From contig NC_069004.1 in NCBI RefSeq assembly GCF_001194135.2, positions 25,836,600 to 25,900,599 on the forward strand: a stretch of DNA of 64,000 bases, read 5' to 3'. The notes beneath the pieces were generated by a model that did no database searches, had not been told where the DNA came from, and saw only the letters and a program-made list of their open reading frames with translations. The stretch is from Octopus bimaculoides. Lineage: Eukaryota. The position numbers were made by a program, and so were the translations under genes. How positions within the stretch are numbered: the stretch's first letter is position 1; each line of letters opens with the position of its first letter. This document shows positions 24,953 to 37,700 of this stretch, piece after piece.

Positions 24953-27005
24953 CTGAAGCAAAACAAAAGAAACAAAAGGAAAAATTAAAAAAAAGACAGA
25001 CATGGAGAAGTCTGGCATAACAAAATCAAAAAAAAAAAAAAGGAGAGAAAGAGAATTGTAAAAAAAAATATTTAAATTCTTTTTAATTCTTTATATCCAG
25101 ATCTAGTTTTATCATTTAGCTGTTTGTCATTAAACTGCAGCCAAGTTGGGGACAACAGTGCCTTTCATTCTTTTGGGGTTGATAAAATAAATATCAGTTG
25201 AACATTTGGGAGAAGGGGTCAGCTCAATGTAACAGACTTACTCCTTATCCTGAAATTGCTGGCTTTGTGCCAAAATTTGAAACCTAGTTGTAATTATATT
25301 TATTTTATAAATGGAATACCACCTTCCTTCTCATGTATTTTTGTAACATGTTGAACAGGGGCCGGCAGAGTACATTGCTGCATCCATCATTTCTTGGCGA
25401 TACACAATTCCCTACTACTCATGGCGGATGACACCATTGCACCACTCAAGCAACAGCCCTCTAACCCATGGGTTTGTTTGGGTAGTTGTTACTTGCGAGG
25501 GTTCTATTAGGTTGGAGTGCAAATCCTACCTCAACCTCTTTTGTGACATACAGAGGAAGGACTGGGTCCGTTCTTTGAAATATGCTGGTCCCTACACAAC
25601 ACCAGAGCAACACGAAATGAGAGTTTTGCTAAAGAACACAACACGCTGCCCAGTCTGGGAACTGAACCCACAAGCCTAGCAATTGTGAGTGCAACACCCT
25701 ATCCACTAAGCCATCCAAGGGTATTCTTTTGACTGTGGCCATGCTGGAGCACCACCACGAAGGACTTTAGTCAAACAAATCGACCCCAGAACTTAAGCCC
25801 AGTACATATTTTATCAGGCTCTCTTGCCCAACTGCTAAGTTACAGGGATGTGAACACACCAACACCAGTTGCCACGCACACACAATAGGCTTCTTTTCAG
25901 TTTCCGTCTACCAAATCCACTCAAGGCTTTGGTTGGCACAAGGCTCTAGTAGAAGATACTTGCCACAGTGGGATTGAACCTAGAATCCAGAGGTTGGGAA
26001 GCAAGCTCCTTACCACACAGCCATGCCTATATATTTTTTTAAACACCCACTTTTCCATGCTTGTAATGGGGTGAAGAGTTTTATTGAGGCAGATTTTAAA
26101 TGGTCAACTGCCCTTCCTGTTGCCAACCATCATACAAGGTAATAATCACCCCACTGCCAAACATGTTTTCACAATACTGAACATGAACGACACTGCTTGT
26201 ATGACAGAGATGCTCATTTACAACCACCGTGTAAAGCCTAGACAGGGGTAAGGCCCACTTCAGTCACAAATGGTCATGGGATTGCATCTAAAAAGTTCCC
26301 CTCTGAGGTACAAGTCTAGGCAAGGTTGTTTATGGAAGACCAGCAGTCACCCATACATGCCATGCCACTGATGTTATCTAAGGGAAAGGTAAAGTCTAAT
26401 ACAACTTGGTACCATTGATACTGCAACTCATTTCTACAGACGAATGAACTGGAGCAACATGAAAAAGTGTCTTGCCCAAGAACAATACAGCCTGATCCAG
26501 GAATTGAACTCCCTGTCTGATTGCAAGCCTGACACTAACCACTGAGCCATGTTCCTTCACTTTACGATGGTACACACACACACAGAGGCTTCTTTCAGTT
26601 TCCATTGGCCAAACTCACATGACATAACAGAAGATACTTGCCCCAGGTACCACACAGTGGGTCTGAAACCAAGACCACATAGTCGAGAAGCAAGCTTCTT
26701 AATCACATGGCTACACCTGTGCAAATATGATGTGAATGTGCATCTGTGTCCATTGAGCAAAAGTACCAATTGGTATACAGGTAATGAAATAGGTCTCTTT
26801 TACACCAGAGTAGGCTTTGCCATTTGACAAAAGGAAATCAATAAAAGTACCAGGCTGAAATAAATGCTGCAGTCAAGGATAATGGACTTTCCCATTGGAG
26901 ACGATGCATGTGTGTATAGAAACAAGACAAGTTTCATGATTTTAATTGGGCACAGTAATACTAATAACCTGTTGTTAGAACTCAATACACACGATTCAGA
27001 ATAAA

Positions 27006-27354
27006 ATGTTGGCAGAGTTGCTGAGACCCCTGTTGGTCATGACTGACCCTGGGATTGCACCTAGAAAGTTACCCTCCCAGGTACAAGTCCGGGCAAGGTT
27101 TTTTTATTTTTATGGGAGACTAGCAGTCGCCCATGCATACCGACCTCCCCTCTCCATGCCATCAGTGTTATCCAAGGGAAAGGAATAGGCTTATACAGCT
27201 TGGTACCTGTGACGTCACAACTCATTTCTACAGCTGAGTGAACTGGAGCAATGTGAAAAAGTGTCTTGCTCAAGAACACAACATGCAGCCCGGTCCAGGA
27301 TTCAAACTCACAACCTCACGATCATAAGCCCGACGCCCTAACCACTGAGCCATG
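27006..27354 (-). mobile_element. tRNA-derived SINE family 3; second copy at about 26250-26552
   Basis: Head CATGGCTCAGTGGTTAG..GAGTTTGAATCC, followed by CTTGAGCAAGACAC..CTCCAGTTCACTCAGCTGTAGAAATGAGT (CORE/V-SINE-like central domain, from recall). Confidence 0.75.
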
Positions 27355-27407
27355 CTGAGTACAGGACATAATATTAAGGAAACAGGAGTTAAGTAAACAA
27401 ATTCCTT

Positions 27408-27451
27408 AGCTTACAGCTGTTTCTGCTTTAATGAACAGTACACTCAGAGCT
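27408..27451 (-). ncRNA. Degenerate minimal type I hammerhead ribozyme relic
   Basis: AGCT-CTGAGTG-TACTGTTCATTAAAGCA-GAAA-CAGCTG-TA-AGCT: stem I, GAAA, palindromic stem III and GUA triplet are present; the CUGANGA core and stem II are mutated. Confidence 0.5.
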
Positions 27452-28454
27452 GAATGCTTATGCATCACATTATAGCATCCTTAGTTCAATAATGTAAGCC
27501 TTATCAATATCAATTTTTATCAATTTTTAAAACTCTGCAAATAAATGCATGAAATTTTGTTAATATTAGGACAGAGTGGAAATTAATATGCACAAATCAA
27601 ATTTTGCAACACCACTACATCACATGAAAAATGACATGCATTTATTGTTTACGTTTATCGTAATTTGAATTTAACATATGATAGCATCTCATAAAGCACG
27701 ATTACTATACATCTTAAATTTGCAGAAAAACTTGTGGTGGGTAGTTTAGCTTAATCAGTCTAAGAGCACCGCGACGCGTAATCACAGAGGTAGTTCAAGT
27801 CTCATAGCTAGCCGCCTACACTTTTTGCTGCAAAATAGGGGTAGTTTATCCTGTTCAGGCTATATTATTAGCATTATCCTGCGTTTGAGAATTTTTAAAA
27901 AAAATCATTTCTTCAACTTTCTAAGACATCTCAACGCCTCTAAAAGCAAACTTCGTTTGTTTGTTTACGTTCATCGTAATTTGAATTTAACATAGAAATT
28001 GAAACTTTTGGTACACCCTAGATACATTTCAAGCTGGCAATTTTGAAAAGTGGAGGCAGGGGGTACATGATGTTAACGAGCAATAAAAACTACAAACTAT
28101 TGATACCTGTTGTTATTCACTTCTGGTGCAATTTCATCTCACCTAGCTTTGAGTATACCTTTTGTCTTTCAAAGGGGACCTCCCTTAGCCAAACCACCAG
28201 CCCTATTAGCATTTAACAACATGCATACATTAAAGCATATGATATTGAAATATCATAGGTATGACCAGGCAAGTTCAACATGTGACAAATAAACCACATG
28301 GGTTAAGGCTTTAATGTCAATTGTGTTAAACTCCCACCATCTAATTGCTACTTGTCTAACTTTGCATTTGCTACATGCTCACCCTATCAGGTGAGTCTTC
28401 TGGTTGAATCTGCAGCATGGCGTCATGTGTTAAATTAAACCCATGCTCTTTTCT

Positions 28455-28499
<45 letters not shown>

Positions 28500-31400
28500 N
28501 NNNNNNNNNNNNNNNNNNNNNNNNNNNNNNNNNNNNNNNNNNNNNNNNNNNNNNNNNNNNNNNNNNNNNNNNNNNNNNNNNNNNNNNNNNNNNNNNNNNN
28601 NNNNNNNNNNNNNNNNNNNNNNNNNNNNNNNNNNNNNNNNNNNNNNNNNNNNNNNNNNNNNNNNNNNNNNNNNNNNNNNNNNNNNNNNNNNNNNNNNNNN
28701 NNNNNNNNNNNNNNNNNNNNNNNNNNNNNNNNNNNNNNNNNNNNNNNNNNNNNNNNNNNNNNNNNNNNNNNNNNNNNNNNNNNNNNNNNNNNNNNNAAAC
28801 ACAGACACATGAACATATGCACACATACATATATATATACTTATACGACGGGCTTCTTTCAGTTTCCGTCTACCAAATCCACTCGCAAGGCTTTGGTCGG
28901 CCCAAGGTCATAGAAGACACTTGCCCAAGGTGTCATGCAGTGAGACTGAACCCGGAACCATGTGGTTGGTAAGCAAGCTACTTACCACATAGCCACTCCT
29001 GCACCTATATATATATATATATATCATTTTATATATAAATATATATATGCATATATATATACACACACACACACATCTTTAACGTGCTTTTTCTATGCTG
29101 GCATAGGTCAGACGGTCTGACTGGAATTGGTAAGCTGGAGAGCAGCACCAGATTTCAATCAGATTTGGCTTCGTTTCTACAGTTAGAAGACCATCCTAAT
29201 GCCAACCACTCCAAGAGTGTAATGAGTGGTGCTCCTTACATGCCACTAGCATGGGTGCCATATGCACAACACAGATACACACAAAATCCTCCCCACACCA
29301 TTTATTATTTTAGTCAGGCATTCTCTTAACTTCAATAAACTGTAAATGAATCATTTTTCCGAATATCGACTATTTAGATAGCATAAAGCAAGAGAAATTC
29401 AATAAGTTATTATACACTAACAATATTTCCCGAAACATCCATGAAACAGTTTATGAAGATAGATTACATAGAAAAAAAACAAACAAAAAAAAAGGGGTGG
29501 GAGTATGGAAGTTTCAGCTCTAGATTGACCTGGGTCATGGTGTCTTAGAGTTCAAGCAGTGCATTTCTCTATACAGTAGCAGTACTGCTTAACACTCCTG
29601 AAATAATATCCGCTTCAGGGTCAACTAATCTGAAGAAACCTTCAATCTCACACCCTTAAATTCCCCCATCACCACCACCACGTACTTAAACAAGGCACAA
29701 GACAAGCTCAAGTGAGTCTCATAATATGCAAAGTCAAATACTAAAGAGATAAATTTTATCATTGAAGTGACTAGCAAGGTCCTCAGTGCTTAGTTCTGCC
29801 TACTTACTTATCCCCTACTTCAACACACACACACACACACACAGACCCGCACACCATAGAAACTGCTAAGTGTGTAATATTTCTTCATAGATAAATTAAA
29901 ACATTGATGAAAATCTTGTAACATGAATATCAATATCATAAATATAACAAACACCAATAAATAATGTCATAATTGTACCGCAGAATAAACGAAGGTTTTT
30001 GTAACCAACATCAACAGGCAAGATGTAAATACCCATATATATATATATATATATAACGTGAGAGAGTTAGGGGTTGGGGGTTCAACCCACTAAGGGATAG
30101 TATCTATTCAGTATACTGCTGGGAGGATACCCAATTATTGCTACACTAGTGCTATACTAGGTGCAATCAATGGGAGCGGGTAAAAGTGGAGGTTTTACCC
30201 AAAATTTGTGTAACAATTAGAAAATGGAGGATAATATGCTGAACCCAACTACTTATATATGTACTATAACTTGTAACCAGAATTTAAGGATTTATGTAAA
30301 ATGGATCAATCAACTTCTGTTTATATTTCTTATATAAACATTCCCTGCAAGTTGTGAAAGAGGGAGACCCAAGAAGACATGGAGCAAAGTATTGGAGGTT
30401 GATCTCAAAATGCCAAACCTTATTACGGAGATGACAGGGCAAAGATATGTGGTGCATTGCTGTATGAGAAAATCGGCCCACCACAATCGAATCGCGATCC
30501 TACAACCAAAGTGCCATGCAAAAAGCACCGGTGCCACATAAAAAGTACCCAGTACACATGGTAATGTGGTAGGTGTTATGAAGGGCATCTGGCCATAGAA
30601 ACCAAGCAAAAACAGACCATGAACCTGGTATGACCCCGAGCCTTGCCTATTCCCATCAAGCTGTCTAACCTATGCCAGCATGGAAGATGATAACCAAACA
30701 AGGGAACATCTTTGTGGTAGTCTGGCAGCAACTGTCTTCTGAAGCCTCAAGTCAACCAAAATGAGTGAATGTGGTTGACAAAAACAAGGAACCCCAGTTG
30801 TGTGTGTGTGTGTGTGTGTGAGAGACTTGATATTCCCTGGTTTTATTTGTTGCTGTTTGAGCAAAACGGCAATGTAATATTTATGTTCCTTGTTAACATT
30901 GATTTGTTGGTCTGTACTTTCAAAAATACCAGTGGAATATCTTGGCTTGGTCATCAGACTGTGACCATGCAGGGGCACCACCTTGAAGAATTTTACTTAT
31001 ACAAACTGACCCCAGTCCAATGTTTTTTAAAGCCCAGTACTTATTCAGTTGGTGTCTTTTGCTGAACTGCTAAGTTAGAGGGCTATAAACACAGATACAT
31101 ATGACAGGCTTCTTTCAGTTTCCCTCTACCAAATCCACTAAGGCTTTGATCAACCTGAGGCTATAGAAGACATTAGCCCAAGATGCCATGCAGTGGGACT
31201 GAACCCTTTCCTATATGGGTGTCAAGTCAACCTCTTACCACACAGCCAGTCCTTTACTATAAACATTTTGCACCCCACCCCGGATTTTCCTTTAGCCAGA
31301 CGCTCTTCCTTTTGCCAAATCTCACTGGCTTCCAAGCAATATCTTTTCCCCATAGCTTGACTTTTTTTCCATGGAAGACTGAAAAACAAGCTTGATTGTA

Positions 31401-33180
31401 TGACAGTGATGCTCCTTTACAACCATCACAAGGATAGACCCACAGCATGGGCTTTGTTCAGTTTCTGTGTTTACCACATCCACTTACCCAAGGTGCTGTA
31501 CAACGGGACTGAACCTAAGACCACATAGTCAGGAAGAAAGCTTCTTCACCACAGCCACACTTACTCTTACTTGTTTCAGTCATTTGACTGCAGCCATGCT
31601 GGAGCACCACCATAAAGGGTTTTTAGTTGAAATCAACCCCAGAATTTATGCTTAGTAAACCTAGTACTTATTCTATCAGTCTCTTTTGCTGAACTGCTGT
31701 CAAGTGATGGTGGCAAACCTTGCTGTACTCTTTCACCACAACTTTCTCTCACTCTTTCTTCCAGTTTCTGTTGTACCTGTATTTCAAAAGGGCCAGCTTT
31801 GTCATGGTGAATCTCCCCCGAGAACTACATTAAGGGTATACGTGTCTGTGGAGTGCTCAGCCACTTGCACGTTAATCAGATCAACTGGAACTCTCGTCGA
31901 CATAACCGACGGAGTACCACATATATAACATGTACACACACACACACATGACAGGCTTCTTTCAATTTTCACTCAAGGCCCTGAGGCTACAGAAGGCCCT
32001 TGCCCAAGGTGTCATGCAGTGGGTGGGACTGAACCCAGAACCATGTGGTTGGGAGTGCCTGTTTTTTTATTTAGTAAATATTTGCATAAATATCTTCCAC
32101 TTTAGTTTCCGTTAACTGTTTTTATCAACTCCTGGTAGATGTACATGTGTGTGCATACAAATAGGTACACATTTGCACATAAACATGCATTTAAATACTA
32201 GTGTGTATGAAATTCCTTTACAGGTCAAATGGGAGACTGAAAAAAAGCACAAAACAAAAAGAATTGTGATATTGGTTCAACAGATCTGTGCCAAATTCTC
32301 CAGGATAACTTTCTTTAGCATTCACCCTTTCAAGGTCATTACATAAAGCACCAGAGCAAGAATGGCAGGTTGGCAGAATTAGTAGAGCTTGAAACAAGAT
32401 ACCTTGTAGTACTTATACCTGATCTTGTGTCAGTCATTAGACTGTGGCCATGCTGGGGCACCACCTTGTGGAATTTTAGTCAAAGGAATTGATCAATACT
32501 TTTTAATATACAAGCCTGGTATTTATTCTATTGGTCTCTTTTGCCAAACTGCTAGGTCATGAGAAATGATAACACACCAACACCAGTTGGTGGGGAACAG
32601 ACTTCTTTCGGTTTGTCTACCCACTATATTTACAATGCCTTGATCGGCGACTTGTCCAAGGTGCCACACAGTGGGACTGAACCCAGAACCATGTGGTTGT
32701 GAAGTAGCAGTCTTAATCCATTGCCAAGTCTTTGAATATTGAACAGAGTTCACTGAGGTAAAAAGCATTCAGGAGTAGGATTCTCGTTTGAGGATCACTT
32801 CTTTCCGGGGCTCTGGAAAAAGGGGCCATGGGTCCACCCATCCATTTGATAGTAAGAGTTCTTCACAGATTTTAACTGAGAAAATCAAAGCCCAAAGACA
32901 ACAACAGCTGGGAAGAAAAAAAAAATGCAACATGGCACAACTGTTTGTTTACACACACACACACACCTGCGTTAGACAAAAACATCAACTAATAAACTGT
33001 TAGCCTGTAGATATCTGTAGACAGGAATTCATATTAGCTCAGCTATGTGGAAGAAAATCTTGAGAGGAAAGATAAAAATAGAATAAAGCAAGATGAAATA
33101 TTTATAAATGTCCTGACGGAAGGTTATTGAAAGCAATCATGAAGAGTGGTGAGGAGATGAGTTTAATGAGGTTGTGTGTC

Positions 33181-33225
<45 letters not shown>

Positions 33226-34756
33226 NNNNNNNNNNNNNNNNNNNNNNNNNNNNNNNNNNNNNNNNNNNNNNNNNNNNNNNNNNNNNNNNNNNNNNNNNNN
33301 NNNNNNNNNNNNNNNNNNNNNNNNNNNNNNNNNNNNNNNNNNNNNNNNNNNNNNNNNNNNNNNNNNNNNNNNNNNNNNNNNNNNNNNNNNNNNNNNNNNN
33401 NNNNNNNNNNNNNNNNNNNNNNNNNNNNNNNNNNNNNNNNNNNNNNNNNNNNNNNNNNNNNNNNNNNNNNNNNNNNNNNNNNNNNNNNNNNNNNNNNNNN
33501 NNNNNNNNNNNNNNNNNNNNNNNNNNNNNNNNNNNNNNNNNNNNNNNNNNNNNNNNNNNNNNNNNNNNNNNNNNNNNNNNNNNNNNNNNNNNNNNNNNNN
33601 NNNNNNNNNNNNNNNNNNNNNNNNCAGCTGATGACCTTGGTGAGAGAGAAAAAAACCTGGCAAACTTATATCTTCTTTTCCAGTGAAATTCTTCACTGAT
33701 ATTGAAAAGGTGAAAACAAGCAATGTTAATTCTCTAAATGAAGTATTAACAGTAACTGCACGATAAAGTGTAGTATATTGCCACTTAAGTGTGGCTGACC
33801 CCTAGGGGTGGATGTTACTGTTGCTTTTAGCCCCAGGAGGACATCTCCTCCAGCTGGCTTATCGACACACGACTGTGTCCTGTTTATATATACACACACA
33901 CACATACATACATAAATGCGATGGAGGCGAGAAGCAAGAGGGAATATGATGAATGAAGTAGGAGAAGGGGAGAGTAAGTGTTGTATTAGTAAGTCCATTC
34001 CCATCCACCACCACCAGCTAACACAAACGAGATGTCACAGCCGACATAGGTGAACAAAAGCAGCAAGCAGGTTTCCGTTGAATAGCCCTCGGTCAGCTCT
34101 GATGACAGTTAAACCGTGACCATCCCAGACTTTTTTTTTTTTTCAGATACGGTGTTATTAAGATCACATAAGAGTTTTAGTCTTCGTACGAAGGGAGTTG
34201 AGGAAGACTAGGCTGCTATTTCGAGCTATCAAGCAGTCTTTCTGACCTCGCTGGTGACGGGAGGATTAATTCATTTGATTAAACATACATTGAAAGTAGG
34301 CAGGTGAGAAGGTTAAATAAAAAAATCAAGACAGAAACAGACGAAAGTGGGGGAAGAAGAGTTTAATGAACATCATAGAGTACCTAAGATTCAGTTTACA
34401 TGTTGAAAGGAATATGTAAAAAAAGAACCTGACTTATAGCAATGCAGAACGGAATACGATACTGAGAGAATACAGTCTCGCCTGCACATTTGTCTCTCCA
34501 ACACACACACACACATTATATATATCATAAATCAGATATTTCAATGCTGGAGCACTGCCTTTAGTCGAACAAATCGACCTCAGGACTTAGTCTTTGTAAG
34601 CCTAGTACTTATTCTATCGGGTTTTGGCTGAGTCACTAAGTTACGGGGAGGTAAACACACCAACATCGGTTATCAAGCGATGGTGGTGGACAGTCATATA
34701 ATACACAAATGAAAGAAGCCTATCGCGTATCGTGTGTGTGTGTGTGTGTATGTATG

Positions 34757-34794
<38 letters not shown>

Positions 34795-37700
34795 NNNNNN
34801 NNNNNNNNNNNNNNNNNNNNNNNNNNNNNNNNNNNNNNNNNNNNNNNNNNNNNNNNNNNNNNNNNNNNNNNNNNNNNNNNNNNNNNNNNNNNNNNNNNNN
34901 NNNNNNNNNNNNNNNNNNNNNNNNNNNNNNNNNNNNNNNNNNNNNNNNNNNNNNNNNNNNNNNNNNNNNNNNNNNNNNNNNNNNNNNNNNNNNNNNNNNN
35001 NNNNNNNNNNNNNNNNNNNNNNNNNNNNNNNNNNNNNNNNNNNNNNNNNNNNNNNNNNNNNNNNNNNNNNNNNNNNNNNNNNNNNNNNNNNNCAGTGGAT
35101 CATGTATCCGAAAAAGAAGAACACCCTGAAAGAGCAGTAATGCATCTACATGAAGTTAAATATACTTGCAAAGAGGGACCAAGCGATTTATGGATGAGAA
35201 AACATCGGTCACTATGACCGGGGACACACAGAATCAGAGGTATCCAATGCAGAACTTTTATCTATATATAGCACACTGCCCCCATAATAGGGAGAAAAAG
35301 TATGCGGGGTGTGTGTGTGTGTGGGGGGGGAGATACATCGAGGGTATTATGCAATTAATAATCCCCAACAACCTCCGTCACTCGGAGTAAACCAACGATC
35401 TTTGAAAATTGTCGCTTGAACAAACGTGAAGAATGGTAACCGAGTTGAGTCGGTGAGAAGAACCAGCTACATCCATCCATACATGCATGCAACTATTGAA
35501 GCAGTCAGCTTACTTACACGTGTACATCAGCGAACATTACCATTCTCTCCAAACACGTACCCGACACGTAGCTAGAGGTATCCGATCCAGAAATTTCAGT
35601 TTAAATATATCGGAAATTAGAGAGTAACCGCCAATTTATTTTTTTAATTAGACGTCTTCAATGACAAGATTCAAAATAAAAATAGTTTCGAAAATAATGT
35701 ATACACACATCCACACGACACGTGCGGGGTGGGGAGAAAGAGACGCATGCGGATTATATAACAGTTTTAAGCACAGACGCACTCGTTGCTTTATCAGTCT
35801 GTCTAGCTTTATAAGGGACCGAGCGGTAATCGATACCCCGTCTTCACAAAGAAAATAAACAAACTTGGGTCAACTGACTGATCGAGCAGATATATACTCA
35901 AAAGTATTCCAGCTGTTACTATTTCATTCCTTAAAGGGAAAAACCTCCATGTATCTCGCACGATAGGCATTGTGCAATATGCCCTTTTTATGATTGTAGT
36001 TTAGGAGAGATTTGGCTGCTAACTCTAGCATGTTGAGCGACCACGTGAGACACGTCTTCGTTAGCCCTGCCTAGGAAGGTGATGTGAGGTTCATTTTTCT
36101 GTCTTCATAAAACAGAAATATACGAAGGCCCAACACAATATATCGTGTTAGAACCTGCGAATCTAGTTGATTTCATCAACTGCTAGAAATAACAGCCAAA
36201 TCTTTAATCCTTTTGTTACTATATATGTAAAGGTACACTGCCTTTGTTCCAATCGGTTTTGAAGGTAATGAACTCAGTAAAAGGACTCGATATTAAGATG
36301 TTTGGAACATAACTGACATGGAATTTTAGTGGAAAGTTTTAAAGTAATTCAATTCAAAACTGGAATTTATTATACAACCAAGGGTGGTCTCAGGCGTTTT
36401 AGTATTGAACGGGTTTCAATCAAACCTCACCGTATTAAAAATAAATAGGAAGCACATCACGAAAAGATAGAGAAGGCTGACTGGTTTACCTTTGTTAAAA
36501 GGCCTATTAAACAACAGTTAGAAGAACAATTTCATTGACCCAACTCTCACGCACAAATACAAGCTGTCGGATGGGGCAAGCCGGCACATATTCTAAAGAA
36601 AATAAAACGGACTAAAAATGCGGAAGAAGTCAGTCATGTCACCACCAAAAAGAAAGGGAAAATGTCATTGTATGAATAAATGGGTTGATTGATGACTAAA
36701 ATGTTTAAATAATATTCGGTGTAACGTTTCATGTGGTTATTTTTTTTTTAAGGCGTGTAATATAAGGAATGCAAGGCCAATAATTAACCACAGCAAGTTT
36801 CAGGATATCGCTTTGAAATGCAGTCTAACGAACGTCAGCATGTTTGCTGTAAATCAGTAGAGGAGTATATTTAAAGATGAAAAGACTAGACTTCAGCACA
36901 ATTTTGCTCAAATATCACGAAAACAAAGAGCTGGCGCCAGGGTATTCAGAAGCCCTATGACAACCCTACATATATGCGTCCCCTTTCTCCCAGTCTTACA
37001 ATTGAAAGGCTCTTCAAATTTATTTTTTCTACTTTTCCCCAGTCTCATCCTGCTGTTTTAAGACCATTCGATAGTCCCCTTCAGTCATCACAGACTCCAC
37101 CACTCCCACAAAAACATCTTAAAAGCTCCCAGCGACGGATTTTAATTCAACACCACTTCAATGAATTTTTTAAATAATAAAAAAACAAACAAACCCCGCT
37201 TTATTTCTGCAATCAAATTACACAACAGATCACATTTTAAATTATAATATTCAAATACAAAGAAACAGTAAAAAAGAATGGGGTAAGGCAGTACCAAATG
37301 GAGGAGGAAGGGGCGACGGACGACACACCTTGGAACAAAAGGTGTACTCAGCCGCGCCTCGGGGTAATGACCGAGATGGCGTTGCCGCTGAGAATACCCA
37401 GCAATGCTAGAGATATTCCTTTACTTCTTTTCGGAGGTGACACGACCACGAGAAAGAGGGGAGAAAATAGAAAGTGCTTTGGTCCACTAACCTAATGTGT
37501 ATTTTACAAAGCATTTGGTTACTACTGGTTAAAAATATTCTTGTCAGTGGTTATCGTTGGGTCAAGGTAAGTTTAAACTGAATAGCCCTATGATGAAAGG
37601 CATTCTAGCTCCAATTTATCTGCTTTACACGTATTTTATTTTAAAAGGCGATAAAGGTTTTATTTGGCATCTGTCTAGCAGGTCGAGCGACCGCATCAAC

